Part shown: in pieces, positions 38,501-49,329 of the stretch
Layout of the letters: each line of letters begins with the position of its first letter
Position numbering within the stretch: the first letter of the stretch is position 1
Assembly: GCF_018977255.1 (NCBI RefSeq)
Contig: NW_024704742.1
Location: 127,412,001 to 127,476,000 of the forward strand
Length of the DNA: 64,000 nt
From: Callorhinchus milii
Lineage: Eukaryota
Direction: 5' to 3'
Notes under the pieces: generated by a model
What the model was told of the DNA's origin: nothing
Database searches by the model: none
Seen by the model: the letters and a program-made list of their open reading frames with translations, nothing else
Position numbers and translations under genes: made by a program

Positions 38501-41500
38501 TCAGCGTTGGTTTGACCACATGTGTAGTTTCATCAGTTGTGCAGAAATTTGAGTTTATACAAATATTCTAATATTGGAATCTATTATTACATGCAATTAC
38601 CTCTCCCCAGCCACCAAGACACTCATCTACACCTTTAATTTGTGCAGGTTCAATAGTGCCAATGCTTTGCTTGTTGGAATTAGGAAGTAATATTAATCCT
38701 TGATTCCAGGTTCACAGCTGTTCTGACCAATTGGTTGTCAGATCTGGATGAGAGCTAACTTTCTCCAGCTGAATGTCGACAAGACAGTCTTCTGCTTGGC
38801 TACTGTCAGCGCCTTCTCACTTCAGGTGTTGACAGCATCAATCTCTGTGGATGCACACTCCACCCTGTGGAACCAGTGTTGTACCTCACTATCTTGTTTG
38901 ATTCTCAACTGTCCTTACACCTCACATCCTATGAGGATAGGCTGAATAAACTAGGGCTATATTCTCTAGAATACAGAAGAATTAGGGACGATCTTATTGA
39001 AACATATAAGATTCTTAAAGGGCACTGAGGGTCTGTTTCCCCTGGGAGGAGAATCTATAACCAGGGGTCACCGTCTTAAAATTAAGGGTCAGCCTTTTAG
39101 AACAGAGTTGAGGAAACATTTCTTCACTCAGAGGGTAGTGAATTTATGGAATTCACTACCCCAGAAGGCTGTAGATGCTCAGTCCTTGAACATCTTCAAG
39201 GCTGAGACTGATAGATTTTTTNAAAAAATAGAGGGATTAGGGGATATGGGGATAGGGCAGGTAATTAGAGTTAGGTCTGAAGATCAACCATGATCTTATC
39301 AAATGGCAGAGCAGGCTCGAGGGGCCGAATGGCCTACTTCTGCTCCTAATTCTTACATTCTTATGTTCTTATCCACGCTCTTACCCACTCAGCTTTCCTC
39401 TACCTCCCAACATTGCTGACCTCCACCACAACCTCTTCCCTTAGGTTGCTGAGACCCTAATTCATGCATTCATCATATCCAGGCCAAATCACACCAACGT
39501 TCTGCTCACCGGACTGCACAATTCTTCCCTTCACAAGCTGCAGACTATCAAGAACTCTGCAGATTGTGTCCTTTCCCACACCAGGCTCTGTGAGCCTATC
39601 ACCCCCATCCTCGCCCGCCTCCACTGGTTCCACATTCTCCAGCAGATCGAGGTCAAGATCCTCATCCTAAACTTGCACCACCCAACCTCTGCAATGTTCT
39701 CAAACCCTAACAACACAGCTGCTGCCTTCACTCAGTGGGCACAGTACTGGTTCATGTCCTCCACCTTACGCATCCCACAATGGATGGTCGGGCTATCTGC
39801 CCCCACTCTCTGGAACTCCATCCCAGAGTCCTTACAACTCACATCTTTCCTCGCTTCCTTCAAAATTGCCTCAAAATCTTCCTCTTTCACTGCACCTTTA
39901 GTCACCTTTCCCCTCCCCTCTTGGCCCAACAGCCCTAGCTATAGATTGCAGGAAGGTACAGGCAGATAGACATGTAAGTGGAATAGGCAAATTTGTGAGA
40001 AAGGGTTGTACATAGAAAAAGGTTAAGTGTTCCGTTTTGACAGGTGGAATTCTGAATAAAATGGAGGAACCTGCAGATTGGGAGTACGAATACATAGCTC
40101 ATTAACGGTAGGTCCAACCTTCACTCCGAGGAGATGCTGGATTTCCTTGAATCCAAAATCAAGGGAATCCGCTCCGCAGTTACTCCCCCTCCAACTTCCA
40201 CCCACTCCCCACCCCTTCCCTCCCACACTCCGACTCCTACCTATCCTCCCCTACACACCTTCGAACCCTCTGTCACCAAGCTTATCCTGTCCCTGAAACC
40301 CACCACCTGCTCCCTTGACCCCATCCCCACTCCACTCCTTATCTCCCAGCTCCACCTCCTTGCCCCACTTCTCACAGACATCATCAACCTGTCCCTCTCC
40401 TCTGGCTCTGTTCCCTTTCCCCTAAAAACTGCCACCATCACTCCCACTTTGAAAAAACCCTCCCTTGATGCGTCGCAGCTATCAAGCTACCGGCCCATCT
40501 CCAACCTCCCTTTCCTGTCCAAGGTTCTCGAAAGAGTTGTCGCCTCCCAGCTGTGCTCTTTCCTCTCCACCTATGCATTATTCGAACCCCTTCAGTCGGG
40601 TTTCCGTGCTGCCTGTAGCACGGAAACCGCCCTGGTCAAGGTCACCAATGACATCTTGACCATCTGCGACCAGGGCTCCCTCTGCCTCCTCGTCCTCCTC
40701 GACCTATCGGCCGCATTCGATACGGTCGACCACGCTATCCTCCTCCACCGCTTGTCCTCCCACCTCAACCTTCAAGGCCCTGTCCTTCAGTGGTTTAGGT
40801 CGTACCTCTCCCACCGTCTTCATTTTGTTTCCACAAATGGCTTTTCCTCCGGGCCCCGCACTGTGTTGTGTGGTGTTCCTCAGGGCTCTGTCCTCGGTCC
40901 CATCCTCTTCACCCTCTATATGCTCCCCTTTGGTGACATCATCCGCAGACATGGGGTTAACTTCCACATGTATGCGGATGACACCCAACTCTACCTTTCC
41001 TCCTCTACCCTCAACTCCACGACCACCGATGTCCTGACAGCCTGCCTGTCTGACATTGAGTCCTGGACGAGAGACAACTTTCTTCAGCTCAACGTGCGCA
41101 AAACTGAGGCCCTCCTGATTGGCTCGAGTCAGCGCCTCCGCACCTCAGGCGCTGACAGCATCAGCATCCAAGACTGCAGTCTCCACCTCTCAAAGCCGGT
41201 CATGAACCTTGGGGTTCTGTTTGATCCTGAGCTGTCCTTTCTTCCTCATATCCGCGCCACAACTGGCACCGCCTTCCATCACCTCCGAAACATCGCCAGA
41301 CTACGGCACTACTTCACCCCTCACGCTGCTGAAACTCTGGTCCACGCCTTTATCACCTCAGGGCTGTACTATGGGAACTCTCTCCTCACCGGCCTTCACG
41401 GCACCTCCCTCCACAAGCTGCAGGTCATTCAGAACTCTGCAGCTCGTGTACTGTCCCGCACCAGGCTTCGGGACCACATCACTCCCACCCTCGCTCGCCT

Positions 41501-44500
41501 CCACTGGCTCCCCATCCCCCAGAGGATCGAATTCAAGATCCTCATCCTCACCTACAAGGCCATTCACGGCCTCGCTCCCTCCTACCTCTCTGACCTACTA
41601 TCCCCTAGTTACCTGCCCGTACACTCTGTTCCTCTGGCTCCGGTCTGCTCCACATCCCCCACCCCAACCGCCCTACCAGCGGTGGCCGGGACTTCAGCCT
41701 CTCAGCCCGGAGGCTCTGGAACTCCATCCCCCAGTGCCTTCGCCGCCTCCTCCCTTTCCTCCTTCAAGGCCAGTCTCAAGACCTTTCTCTTTGACCGTGC
41801 CTTCAGCTCCCCTCTCGACTCTCTACCCCCTCCTTGCTCCCTCCCTTCCCTCACCCTGACCATTTCCCCCCTGCTCGGGTCCTGACCCAACTGTCCAGCA
41901 CCTTAGGACGTCCTCCGGACGTGAAAGGCTCTCTATAAATGAAATCTTGTTGTTGTTGTAGGATTGCAAATAGAGAAGGCTGTTGAAAGGGCAAACAGGA
42001 TTCTGGGTTTCACGTATAGAGCCATGCACAGCTTTGACCCTTCAACTAGATTCTCAGTTAAGTAGTCACTTTTATTGTGCCCATCACAGATAGCAGAGCG
42101 GTAGAAGACATCAATGACAAGGGATAAATTTAACAGAAATACTTGGGGGAAATTATACGCAGGTGAGTTTCAGATTTCCATTGCCCAATGGTACATTGCG
42201 TTAATCTTGTGACAGAAGGTGAAGAATGACTCTTTATTTGAATTTCTGATGTAAGGGAAAACCACAGAGCACAGATATTAAAGTGTGTGTATGTGTGTGG
42301 TGTGTGTTTACACTTATGAAGCTATTGAGATTCCTTGAAATATAAATAGCATTATTTCTACTTATATTTCCGTGAAATATAAATAGCATCATGTAACTCT
42401 AGTTTGCTGGTCTGACTCTGTTTCACGGTCAACGACATTCATAAGTATTTCGGGGATCTGATTTCAGAGTTAAGGCATTAAGTATGAATAAGTTCAGGCC
42501 AGAGCTTAATAGATTTTTGATGAAAGAAGCAAGGAAGGGTTTAAGAGGTGGAACAATTTGATCCCAGTGATGTAGATTGGATTGGTCTTTTTAGTTCTGT
42601 ACATCCTGCTTTCCTAGGTTTCGTCCCTTTTGTGATTAGTTGCTCCAATGTTTGTGTATCTCTTGTAGTTTGCAAATTATTCTTAAATATTAATGTATTG
42701 TAGGACAGAAAATAAAATAGGAGCCTCAATCATAAAATACCTAAAATCTGGTTCCTATCTTTTCTTAATTTTAACCACAAACTTTACTCAGTTACTATAA
42801 TTTTAACATTCAATCAACTCCGTCCACTGAGAACTGGAATTGGGACCAGAAAGCTCTGATTTCAAATACTGGTTTGTCCAGTCAATCCTTCACGTTTTGA
42901 GGTTAATAAAATTAGTTTTTTGTCCAAAAATAGCTCATTGGGATGGCATTTAGAAATTACAGCACTGGAAGAGGTCTCTCAAGTGTAGGCATATCCTTAA
43001 AGCCCCAACAGTCAATAACAACAAAATTAAATTTATAGAGCGCCTTTCACGTCGGCAGGACGTCCCAAAGCGCTGAACAGTCAGCTGTCGGGGCCCGAGC
43101 ATGGAGGAGGGGTGGTATAGGGGTGAGGGAAGGCAGAGAGGTGGGAGGGAGACCAAAGGCACGGTCAAAGAGAAGGGTCTTGAGACCGGCCTTGAAGGAT
43201 GCGAGGGAGGAAATGAGGCGAAGGGACCGTGGGATGGAGTTCCAGAGTGTGGGGGCAGAGAGGCTGAAAGCCCGGCTACCGATGGTAGGGCGGCTCGGGT
43301 GGGAGTCATGGAGTAGGCCGGAGCCTGGTGAATGGAGGGAGCGGGCAATTTTGGTAGGGAGTCATCAGGTCAGAGAGGTAGGAGGGGGCAAGGCCATGGA
43401 TGGCCTTAAAGGTGAGGACCAGCTTCTTGAACTCGATCCTCTGGGGGTTGGGGAGACAGTGGAGTTGGGCGAGGGTGGGAGTGATAGGGTCGCGGAGCCT
43501 GGTGCGTGAGAGTACATGAGCTGCAGATTTTTGGATGATCTGCAGCTTGTGAAGGGAAGAGTTGGGAAGGCCGATGAAGAAGGAGTTTTCGTAATCAAGC
43601 CTTGATGTGATGAATGCGTGGGTGAGGGTTTCGGCAGCCTGAAGCAGTGGCGGAGTCTGGCAATGTTGCAGAGGTGGTGGTAGGCACTGCCAGTTATGGC
43701 GCGAATGGGTGGGAGAAAGGATAGTTCAGGGTAAAATAAGACACCCAGGTTCCTGACTGGCTTAGTGAGGTTGAGTGTGCAGCCATGGAGGCTGATACTG
43801 CCAGCGCCTGAGGTGTGGAGGCGCTGGTGCGAGCCAATCAGGAGGGTCTTGGTCTTGCTGACGTTGAGTTGGAGAAAGTTGGCCCTCATCCAGGACTTGA
43901 TGTCGGAAGGACCTCAGTTGTCCTGGAGTTCAGGGTGGAGGCAGAGAGGTAAAGTTGGGTGTCATCCGCATACATATGGAAATTTACCCCATGTCTGCGG
44001 ATGATGTCACCAAGGGGGAGCATATAGAGGGTGAAGAGGAGGGGACCGAGGACAGAGCCCTGAGGGACACCACACGAGACGATGCGGGGGCCGGAGGAGA
44101 AACCGTTTGCCGTGATGAAGTGGAGGTGGTGTGAAAGGTAGGACCTGAACCAGTCAAGGACAGAACCTTGAAGGTTGAGGTGGGAGGTCAAGGTGGCCTT
44201 AATTGGTTTAATATCACATGGCAGTTTCAACAATAATGTGTTTTTTGTTAATAAACGCCAAAACAGAATCAGTAATAATAATAATCCTTGCATTTGATAT
44301 AGCCCTTACCATGTCTCAAAGCATTTCACAGAATATATTGTAAAGTGGATTGGCACAGTTGTGTCCCACAAACAATCATGGATTGAGTGACCAATTTTTT
44401 TTTGAGGGATTATTACCCCTGAAAAGTAATCTGCCAATTGAACTGCTAGGTAAACAGAAGCGTGTGGAGTAAGGAAACTTGCCTAAGGTTTGGTCCCGCC

Positions 44501-47500
44501 CGGGATTCGAACTCAGGTCCTTGCCCTTGCAAGGCAATCATGCTAACCACTACACTACAGGACTCCACAATTAGTTAATTATAATTAATTCATAATTAAT
44601 GAATTTGATGCCTACGATTCCCACATTTACTAAATTGTATCAAATTTGGAGAATAACCATTTTCTTAGCATGCATTAAGTTCCAAAAAAGGATTTCAAAA
44701 TTAATGTTCTATTCTCTGTGTCGTTTTGTTTTCAAAATGTTCCTGGATTGAAATAGTTCAGCGTAGAACATTCTATGCTTACATTGTAACTAAGTTTGAG
44801 GTAACTATTCATGAAAATAAAGTCATGTCAAATGGAAAAGTCAACATACCATCCCATCGACATGATGATCACAGCCAGTATCAGCCACCAATACCAGTCT
44901 CCTTTGTTAGAAAATACAGCCATCAGAAGACCAACCAGGATGCCGTTGTATCCACAAAGCCCTGCTGCAATAGCAGACCTGAAAATAATAATAATTAATA
45001 ATTATTGAATAGTCTTTCTGTGCCGGTTAGTGCGCTGGCCTCGCAAGCGAGAGGACCCGGATTTGATTCCCGGGCAGGGCGAAACCTTAGGCAAGTTTCC
45101 TTACGCCACACACACGCCTCTGTTTACCTAACAGTAAGTAGGAACCCACTTGTTGTAATCAATTGGCCTTCAAAAATAAATCCCTTCAAAATTAATAATA
45201 GTAATAATTTGGTTACTCAATCCTCGACTGTTTGTGGGACACTGCTGTGCGCAATTGGCTGCCGCATTTCACCCACAAAATATACAGTTAAATCACTTTA
45301 CAGTACATCCTGTGAAGCCTTTGAGATGTCTCGAAGATGTGATAAGGAACTATATCAAATGCAAGGATTATTATCATGTCTTCGAGATGTCTCAAAGCGC
45401 TTCACAAAATATAAAAAATAAAAACCATAAGATGTGAAGAATAAAGTTACAGAATGCTAATGGTTAACAACTGAGCAGATTTACCTTTTCCGACATCCAA
45501 GATATTTTTCAGACAAGTTTCATAGTGAATTGAATCACAAAGTATTGCTGTTTGACTTGGTTAGCACTTTGGGACACCCTCCCAACATGAAAAGTGTTAC
45601 ATACATGTAAATTTATATTGTATTGTAGGTTGATCCTGAGTTTTAGAGAAATGAGCTATGAGGAAGAATGAGATACATTAGGACTCTTCAACATTGAAAA
45701 GATGTCTCCTCATCTTTTCTAGGCTCCCAGCGCCTTGGGGCGTCGTCCCGATGTGAAATGCGCTATACAAATATAATTTATTGTTGTTGTTTTCCTCATA
45801 TTCTTTCATATTTCTCCTTCCAAGATGTTTAATTTTTTTTTAAAAGTTAAGATGGATTCTGCCTCAACTATAGTTCCAGGAAGGGCATTACACCCATAGC
45901 GTAGACACATTTCCCCTAACCATCCTTTCTCTCTTGGTAATTATCTTAAATCTATGCCCTTTAGGTATTGACTCATTAACTAAGTTATTAAAACCACACG
46001 TAATTTTACAAAGCTTCATCAGGTCTTCTTTCAAGTTTCACTGTTCCAGGGAAAATAGTTATTTCAGTCTTTCCTCAAAAATGAAATCTTCCATCCCTGT
46101 TATCCTGCTGAATCTCCTCTGCACCCTCTCTATAGTCTTGATATCCTTCCTCTAGTGAGGTACTCAAACCACAGTACAACTGCAGCCTAACTAATGATTT
46201 ATGCAGACTTGCACTGTAAACAGTAAATTTATGATAGATCTCAAGATCAAGATCTTGATAATGGCAACCCGGTCTATTAAACACTTTGTCAGATTGTGAC
46301 TTTCCGCATCCATCAGACACCCAACTGACCATAAATAATCAAACAATAAATAGTATTTATTTTTATCACTTTTTGCAGCCAAGTCTATTCATGGTGAAAT
46401 TACCATATAGTGTACGTACCTGTTTTGACTGAGAATAAGTGCTGCTAAAGTTGAGGAAACTGTTCCCACAACGCCGTTCAGTGCCCACCATGGATTCTGT
46501 ACAATCAGCCCGATCAAAATAACAAGTCCACTCAGTGGGTTGTTGACAAACATCACCTGAGCAGCTCCTCGTAAGATCCAGTCAAGAAACTGAAAGATGC
46601 AATTTTGCTCTGCAATGTTTCCAGAAAGAAATGAAACATATTATATGCTATGTTTACCGTGAGATGTGTCTATACTTCTGTGTCTATACCTCCCAACGTC
46701 CTCCCGACGTGAAAGGCACACTATAAATGTAATTTTATTGTTGTTGTTGTTGTCAGGGTAATTAATACTGAAGAGATGAGCGCATCTCTAAATCCATCTG
46801 ATTTCTGAATTGTCACAAGGAAAATATCGAATTCAGTCAAGTCTTGAATTTGATAACAATTTAGCCTAGATTGTCTCACGTGTCCGCAAAGTATCGCCTT
46901 ATCTTGAATCCATTGCATATATAACAATAGTAATATTAATGATTATATATAAGAATCATCCTTGCATAGCGCCTTATCATATTGAAAAATCTCAAAGCGC
47001 TTCAAAGGATTTTACTGTTGTATGGAGCGCCTGGCTATTTATAGGCAAACCCTGCTTTAACATAGGATTATGTGGAGTCCTGTAGCTCAGTGGTTAGAGC
47101 ACTCGCTTTGCAAGCGAGAGACCTGAGTTCAATTCCAGGCAGGGCGAAACCTTGGGCAAGTTTCCTTACTCCACACGCCTAATAATAATCCCTCCAAAAA
47201 CCAAAAATAATAATAAATTGGTCATTTTCAATCTACGACTGTTTGTGGGACATTGCTGTGCGCAATTGGCTGCCGCGTTCGCCCACAAATATACAGTCAA
47301 TTCACTTTGCAGTGTGTTCTGTGAAGCGCTTTGGGACGTCCTCCCGACGTGAAAAGCGCTATATCAAATGCAAGGATTATTATTATTATTATTAATTATG
47401 TTGGTTTACCAGTCCTTGTGGAGTCCTGTGGCATGGTGGTTAGAGCACTTGCCTCGAAAGCAAGAGGATCCAGGTTTGATTCCCAGGAGGGATCAAACCT

Positions 47501-48113
47501 TAGGCAAGTTTCCTTACTCCACATGCCTCTGTTTACCTAGCAGTAATTAGGAACCTGATTTCTAAACGATTGGCAGATTTTTTTTATGGTCACTCAATCC
47601 ATGATTATTTGTGGGACCATGCTGTTCGCAATTAACTGCTGCATTTCGCTCATAAAATGCATAGTCAATTCACTTTGTGGTATATTCTATGAAGCGCTTT
47701 GAGACATCTCAATGACGTGATAAAGTGCTATATCAAATGCAAGGATTATATATGTAATGCTTATACTTTTAAGGAGTCTTTATACTGCTTCACTATCTCT
47801 CTCTCAACATTTTGATCTAATCCTTTTGAGGTACTTCATTGAAAATATATTTCCAATAACTTCCATTATGATCATACTGTATTTCTGATGAAGATTAACA
47901 CCCAGAAACCTAGTTTGCTCTTCCTGATGCTAATCAACCTCTTGTGCAATTCCAACACATTATTTAAGATATTCTCTTACCTTTAATCCAGTCACCAAAT
48001 TCTCTCATGTCACCAGAAATGTAGCCAATTCCTCTGAAAAAAGTTTTCTTGAGGAGATTGCCGTGTTTCAGGGTTACCTTCTCTTGAATCATTTCTGCTT
48101 TCTGTTGCTCCAT
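14335..48113 (-). CDS. slc14a2: Facilitative urea transporter (SLC14A/UT family), spliced CDS of 8 exons, 381 aa: join(complement 47981-48113, 46420-46609, 44850-44978, 34456-34648, 33777-33924, 32031-32165, 31221-31270, 14335-14502)
   Basis: All exons have GT-AG boundaries, the phases are consistent and the total is 1146 nt. The product has UT signatures [40 protein letters not shown], the NIT sequon, [24 protein letters not shown] and VTYPEENR. Internal exon sizes 190/129/193/148/135/50 match the vertebrate UT exon pattern as I recall it. The family call is firm; the a1/a2 label is tentative. Confidence 0.95.
15020..15985 (-). mobile_element. CR1-clade LINE 3' part (RT C-terminus); partial copies at 22475-22720 and 29182-29430
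   Basis: [49 protein letters not shown] motifs. Confidence 0.92.
16495..17290 (-). mobile_element. Older L2 fragment; array copies at 23235-23990 and 29942-30697
   Basis: L2 RT C-terminal homology and stem-loop tail. Confidence 0.88.
17810..17859 (-). CDS. slc14a2: Duplicate of UT exon 7 (copy A)
   Basis: Appears identical to 31221-31270. Confidence 0.85.
18617..18751 (-). CDS. slc14a2: Duplicate of UT exon 6 (copy A)
   Basis: Appears identical to 32031-32165. Confidence 0.85.
19167..19476 (+). mobile_element. L2 3' fragment; array copy at 32582-32891
   Basis: TIGRWAF...LWNS...FKTHLKT and L2 tail. Confidence 0.85.
20572..20719 (-). CDS. slc14a2: Duplicate of UT exon 5 (copy A)
   Basis: Same translation as 33777-33924. 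Confidence 0.85.
21267..21459 (-). CDS. slc14a2: Duplicate of UT exon 4 (copy A)
   Basis: Appears identical to 34456-34648; only 24 nt of native upstream intron remain before the junction into L2 at 21483/21484. Confidence 0.85.
21484..22474 (+). mobile_element. 3' part of the same L2 insertion (copy B)
   Basis: Matches 28191-29181, including the same 3' flank tacctcaattagg. Confidence 0.95.
24512..24561 (-). CDS. slc14a2: Duplicate of UT exon 7 (copy B)
   Basis: Appears identical to 31221-31270. Confidence 0.85.
25322..25456 (-). CDS. slc14a2: Duplicate of UT exon 6 (copy B)
   Basis: Appears identical to 32031-32165, with intact splice sites. Confidence 0.85.
25708..29181 (+). mobile_element. 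Near full-length young L2-clade LINE (APE endonuclease + RT), TSD tacctc (25702-25707 / 29182-29187), (GTT)n tail
   Basis: EN motifs GLQNVRS, ALTETWL, YRPP, GDFN, LDLV, SDH; RT motifs [39 protein letters not shown]. The frame is open from 25787 to about 27250, with one frameshift, then open to 29028. Confidence 0.96.
31221..31270 (-). CDS. slc14a2: UT coding exon 7 ([16 protein letters not shown]), copy C
   Basis: 50 nt, caatag| and |gtaagt. Confidence 0.92.
32031..32165 (-). CDS. slc14a2: UT coding exon 6 ([44 protein letters not shown]), copy C
   Basis: 135 nt, tttcag| and |gtatgt. Confidence 0.93.
33777..33924 (-). CDS. slc14a2: UT coding exon 5 ([22 protein letters not shown]...GILA), copy C
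   Basis: 148 nt, ttcag| and |gtataa. Confidence 0.95.
34456..34648 (-). CDS. slc14a2: UT coding exon 4 ([24 protein letters not shown]...[11 protein letters not shown]), copy C
   Basis: 193 nt, tttacag| and |gtaagg; [11 protein letters not shown] motif. Confidence 0.95.
34945..35350 (+). mobile_element. Second, older Deu-domain SINE family; other copies at 640-890 (-), 18095-18550, 24800-25255, 31508-31962 (+), 35880-36190 (+), 63170-63525 (-), 63630-63800 (+)
   Basis: tggctc.gtggtag...gaaggttgtgggttcaagcccc...gaggtgccgtccttc.gatga.acgttaaa and gctgtg...aaattgg.tgc, as in DeuSINEs (AmnSINE/SacSINE type). Confidence 0.8.
38930..39370 (+). mobile_element. CR1 3' end nested inside a degenerate L2 (38720-38929 and 39371-39925)
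   Basis: TRGHRLK...[17 protein letters not shown]; tail ttcttacattcttatgttctt; the L2 resumes in register, with a possible TSD atcc. Confidence 0.85.
40112..41959 (+). mobile_element. 5'-truncated L2, slightly older, RT with late frameshifts
   Basis: ORF 40134-41885 is homologous to 27283-29028. Confidence 0.95.
43015..44195 (-). mobile_element. Degenerate L2 RT fragment
   Basis: [13 protein letters not shown] and YADDTQ in ORF 43886-44293; L2 tail at 43015-43080. Confidence 0.92.
44272..44568 (-). mobile_element. tRNA-Ala SINE copy
   Basis: Reverse-complement head ...ctacaggactccac. Confidence 0.85.
44850..44978 (-). CDS. slc14a2: UT coding exon 3 ([42 protein letters not shown])
   Basis: 129 nt, ttttcag| and |gtatgt. 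Confidence 0.95.
45020..45376 (+). mobile_element. tRNA-Ala SINE copy next to the UT exon 3 acceptor
   Basis: ctcgcaagcgagagg...gcaagtttccttac...aaggattatt. Confidence 0.85.
46420..46609 (-). CDS. slc14a2: UT coding exon 2 ([62 protein letters not shown])
   Basis: 190 nt, tgcag| and |gtacgt; hand-translated, missed by the ORF track. Confidence 0.95.
47072..47395 (+). mobile_element. tRNA-Ala(TGC)-derived SINE with Deu-like domain and L2-type tail (young, short subtype)
   Basis: A box TAGCTCAGTGG, anticodon arm CTCGC-TTTGCAA-GCGAG, B box GAGTTCAATTCC, GCTGTGCGCAATTGGCTGCCGCG, tail stem-loop, (ATT)n. Confidence 0.92.
47418..47750 (+). mobile_element. tRNA-Ala SINE copy (long subtype), tandem to 47072
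   Basis: Family head and tail. Confidence 0.88.
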
Positions 48114-48128
48114 GAATGGATATATTTC
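47981..48128 (-). CDS. slc14a2: UT first main coding exon ([49 protein letters not shown]); ATG at 48113
   Basis: Acceptor ttttttcag|GAA, donor AAAG|gtaaga; contains the conserved GYxxGDMxEFGDW motif. Confidence 0.93.
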
Positions 48129-48345
48129 CTGAAAAAATAGAAGATCAAGTTCCATTCGTGAGTTCAAAATCTATAAGAGTTTATTATAACTCAAGTGAAA
48201 TGAAATATATATTCTTAAATTAGTTTCAAATATTGAGTATCTTCTGAACATGGCAATAAACCACACTTTAAAGTATCTGTCTTAACTCAGTTAAATATAA
48301 ACATATAATATATCTCAAATGTATCTTCTTTGGAAAACTGCATAC

Positions 48346-48415
48346 CTGGGCAAGTTCAATATCAACCATTCAGGCTTCTTGTCTTCATTCTCTAACATAA
48401 ACTGCTAAACTGCTG
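48346..48415 (-). other. Candidate small 5' exon of UT; in-frame ATG at 48369 gives MVDIELAQ spliced to EIYPFMEQ (394-aa form)
   Basis: Donor CCCAG|gtatgc at 48346/48345 is phase 0 relative to the 48128 acceptor. It lies just downstream of a TATA-like CATAAAAG (48436-48443, minus strand). The 5' end is estimated. Confidence 0.55.
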
Positions 48416-48429
48416 CCAGTGAACTGATG

Positions 48430-48770
48430 AGTTTGCTTTTATGCAGTTGAAGTAAAATGTGTTAAATTCTAAAATAGATTGTTATCAAAACTGTGATGCT
48501 GTTTTTAACATTTTTGTTTAATGAGCGTGTAATTGCCTTTGCCTGGGGTGTTTTATGCACATGGCAAAATGTTTCACTTTCTTATCGATTAATAAATTAC
48601 TTATTCGGATATTTCTTAAATGAGCAGTTTGGGACCTTGGAAAGCTACAATGGCCTTCTCTCAGGAATGAACTAGAGAATTTTAAACTGACTCCAAATAT
48701 GTGACAGAGCATCTGGAGATAAAGCTACACAAGGGGTTCAAATTATTATCTTGATACCAAGTTTCTCACC
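48430..48770 (-). promoter_or_regulatory. Proximal UT promoter: TATA-like CATAAAAG (48436-48443), conserved core 48556-48604 (GATA, ATCGAT ONECUT-like, HNF1-like half sites), TonE-consensus TGGAAAGCTAC (48638-48648)
   Basis: Position upstream of the first exons; the same motifs are kept in the paralogous block at 53520-53860. Confidence 0.65.
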
Positions 48771-49329
48771 TTGAGCTGAAAAGAACTGACAAGATCATGA
48801 GTAATAAAGCAATTACTACTGATTATCAGTTTGAATTCTTGTCAAAAATATCTGGGAGTTAAATAGTAGCTCCACTTGCCTCACATAGCACTCACTCTAT
48901 TGTCAACAAACAGTGACATGGTTAGAAATCCTTCATTACTTTAAAAAGTCTAATTGTATATTCACTAAATACCTCTTCTATCTAATTCTGGTTATATTTC
49001 TGCTCTGTGTGTCATAGGAACATAGGAACAGGAGTAGGCCATTCAGCCCCTTGGCCTTTTCCACCATTATATTAAAATCATGGCTGATCTGTACCTCAAT
49101 TCTAGTTGTGTCAGTCTGGCTCAGTTGTTAGCTCTCTTACCTTAGATTTTCTATGGGAAATCTGACATCTGGCATTATTTGATGATTAATTGATGTCTGT
49201 TTGAAATTGAACTCTATATCGTGACAGATTTTATAATCACTACCATGACATTTTAAATACTGAAACGCAGGATGTGAGATCCCTCCAATAAATATGATGT
49301 ATTGAATTTTCCCTTTCTGCATAATAATA

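Noticed and set aside
47072..47145. tRNA-Ala gene
   Set aside because: No proper acceptor stem or terminator; it continues into SINE body and tail and is multi-copy.
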